This document shows positions 30,977 to 32,000 of a DNA stretch of 32,000 bases, piece after piece. A model generated the notes under the pieces. The model had not been told where the DNA came from. It did no database searches and worked only from the letters and a program-made list of their open reading frames with translations. The DNA lies in assembly GCA_963751455.1 (NCBI GenBank), contig CAVVUN010000015.1, forward strand, positions 334,080 to 366,079, given 5' to 3'. The translations under genes were made by a program, and so were the position numbers. The stretch comes from Nitrospirota bacterium. Lineage in GTDB: Bacteria; Nitrospirota; UBA9217. Position 1 is the first letter of the stretch. Each line of letters begins with the position of its first letter.

Positions 30977-32000
30977 ATGCCACCGGTTTTTCAATCAGCC
31001 TTTCTCGTATTTTTTCTCATCCTTTTCGTACCAATACAGTCCTTCGGGTACCTGCAAATAGAATTTCTGCGCGAAATCAGCGATGTCGGTAAAAAAGCAG
31101 CTCAGCGCCGGCTCAATGAACCCCGCGCAATAGCCTTGGACGCAGCAGGTAAAATGTACATTGCCGATACGGCCGCAAACAGGGTCATCGTGCTCGAGCA
31201 GGACGGCACGATGCTGCGGACATGGGGTACAAAAGGAGATAAACCGGGACAGTTCAGGTCTCCGTCCGGTATCGCGGTCGACGAGGATGCGTACATATAT
31301 GTATCCGACACAAAGAACCATCGCATCCAGGTTTTTAACGCCGGCGGCGCCTTTGTCCGCAACTTCGGTCAAAAAGGGGATGGCGATCGTGAATTCAGCA
31401 GCCCGGCAGGCATAGCGGTTCGGCGGGGACTTCTGTACGTGGCCGATACAGGGAACAACCGGGTCCAGATTCTGACAACCGATGGAATTTTCGTGAGGGA
31501 AATTACCGTGAGCGGGGAAAAGGATGCCATGAACGCCCCAACGGCTGTCGCAATCGATACGCAGAACAGAATCTACGTACTCGATACGGACAATAACAAG
31601 ATCAGAATATTCGACTCCAACGGTGCGCAGCTTCTCCAGTTCGGGTCGGGTGGGAGAGGCGCCGAGGGATTCGATTCTCCCCTCGGAATGGCAGTGGACG
31701 GTTACGGCGCGGTCTATGTTTCGGATACCGGAAATTATAAATTGAAAAAATTCGATCAGCACGGCAAGCTGGTCGCGTCAGCGGGCTCCGAAGGCGATGG
31801 ACCGGGCCGCTTCCGTCAGTTGTTCGGATTGGCCGTGGACGCCGAGAACAAGCTCTATGTGCTCGATGCCGGGAGAAATGCTCTGCAGGTATTCTCCTGC
31901 GAGTGCGAAGGCCAGCCGCTGCAGCCCGCATCCCCGCCTGCCTCACTGTCCCTGAATAAGGAGGTCCGCGGCGAAGTGAACGGCATCGCCTTCGATAAGC
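30977..32000 (+). CDS. Secreted NHL-repeat beta-propeller protein (5' partial; continues beyond the window)
   Basis: Not in the ORF track because it has no stop. GGAGGA SD. I translated 341 codons with no stop. Signal-like MPPVFQSAFLVFFLILFVPIQSFG. Six NHL blades, e.g. PRAIALDAAGKMYIADTAANRVIVL, PSGIAVDEDAYIYVSDTKNHRIQVF, PAGIAVRRGLLYVADTGNNRVQIL. Confidence 0.8.
   Translation, partial: MPPVFQSAFLVFFLILFVPIQSFGYLQIEFLREISDVGKKAAQRRLNEPRAIALDAAGKMYIADTAANRVIVLEQDGTMLRTWGTKGDKPGQFRSPSGIAVDEDAYIYVSDTKNHRIQVFNAGGAFVRNFGQKGDGDREFSSPAGIAVRRGLLYVADTGNNRVQILTTDGIFVREITVSGEKDAMNAPTAVAIDTQNRIYVLDTDNNKIRIFDSNGAQLLQFGSGGRGAEGFDSPLGMAVDGYGAVYVSDTGNYKLKKFDQHGKLVASAGSEGDGPGRFRQLFGLAVDAENKLYVLDAGRNALQVFSCECEGQPLQPASPPASLSLNKEVRGEVNGIAFDK

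Noticed and set aside
30995-31762. 255-aa minus-strand ORF
   Set aside because: It is antisense to the open NHL-repeat frame, which has an SD, a promoter, a signal peptide and six canonical blades. The antisense product has no features.
1-32000. CRISPR array, tRNA/rRNA genes, prophage or toxin-antitoxin/defence genes
   Set aside because: The repeat families are irregularly spaced single hairpin elements, not repeat-spacer arrays. I found no cloverleaf-like or rRNA-like stretches. No ORF shows nuclease, integrase or capsid hallmarks.

Overview
Manual reading only, with no database searches. The window looks like a chromosomal segment of an anaerobic sulfur-metabolising bacterium; the Desulfobacterota/Nitrospirota-like gene content is my inference. 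It is packed with short structured intergenic repeats. Left to right: (1) a secreted multi-domain surface protein, a MerR-like gene and a partial type IV pilus assembly cluster (pilM-N-O, a PilP-like gene, secretin pilQ, ATPase pilB), with no pilin, pilC or pilT in the window. (2) A three-gene Rieske/cytochrome b6/subunit IV module with no c-type cytochrome gene and an apparently leaderless first gene. (3) A PAS sigma54 activator divergent from a sigma54-promoter operon of three tandem universal stress protein genes plus a YeeE/YedE sulfur transporter. This 4.6-kb module is bracketed by two nearly identical ~180-bp elements in inverted orientation. (4) A minus-strand sulfur-relay region: three miniature DsrE/F/H-like genes, a periplasmic rhodanese, a frameshifted GT39 glycosyltransferase, a second larger YedE-like gene, TusA, a strongly SD-driven GGYGAPAPAA-repeat membrane protein, and a divergent second TusA. 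Together these resemble a rearranged YTD-type (YedE-TusA-DsrE) cluster. (5) A second sigma54-promoter operon encoding two zinc-ribbon-anchored periplasmic proteins (a SurA-N-like protein with a CGCCG patch, and a DUF2318 protein) and a MacB/FtsX-type ABC transporter. (6) A convergent, visibly AT-richer operon for a beta-helix/FN3 surface protein with a [10 protein letters not shown]-terminal module and a translationally coupled OM beta-barrel. (7) A 6-bladed NHL-repeat protein gene running off the window; it is absent from the ORF track. No rRNA, tRNA, CRISPR array, transposase or recognisable phage-defence genes were seen. The most interesting parts are the sigma54-controlled sulfur-trafficking supercluster with its repeat-bracketed cassette, and the sigma54 Zn-ribbon/DUF2318/ABC operon.
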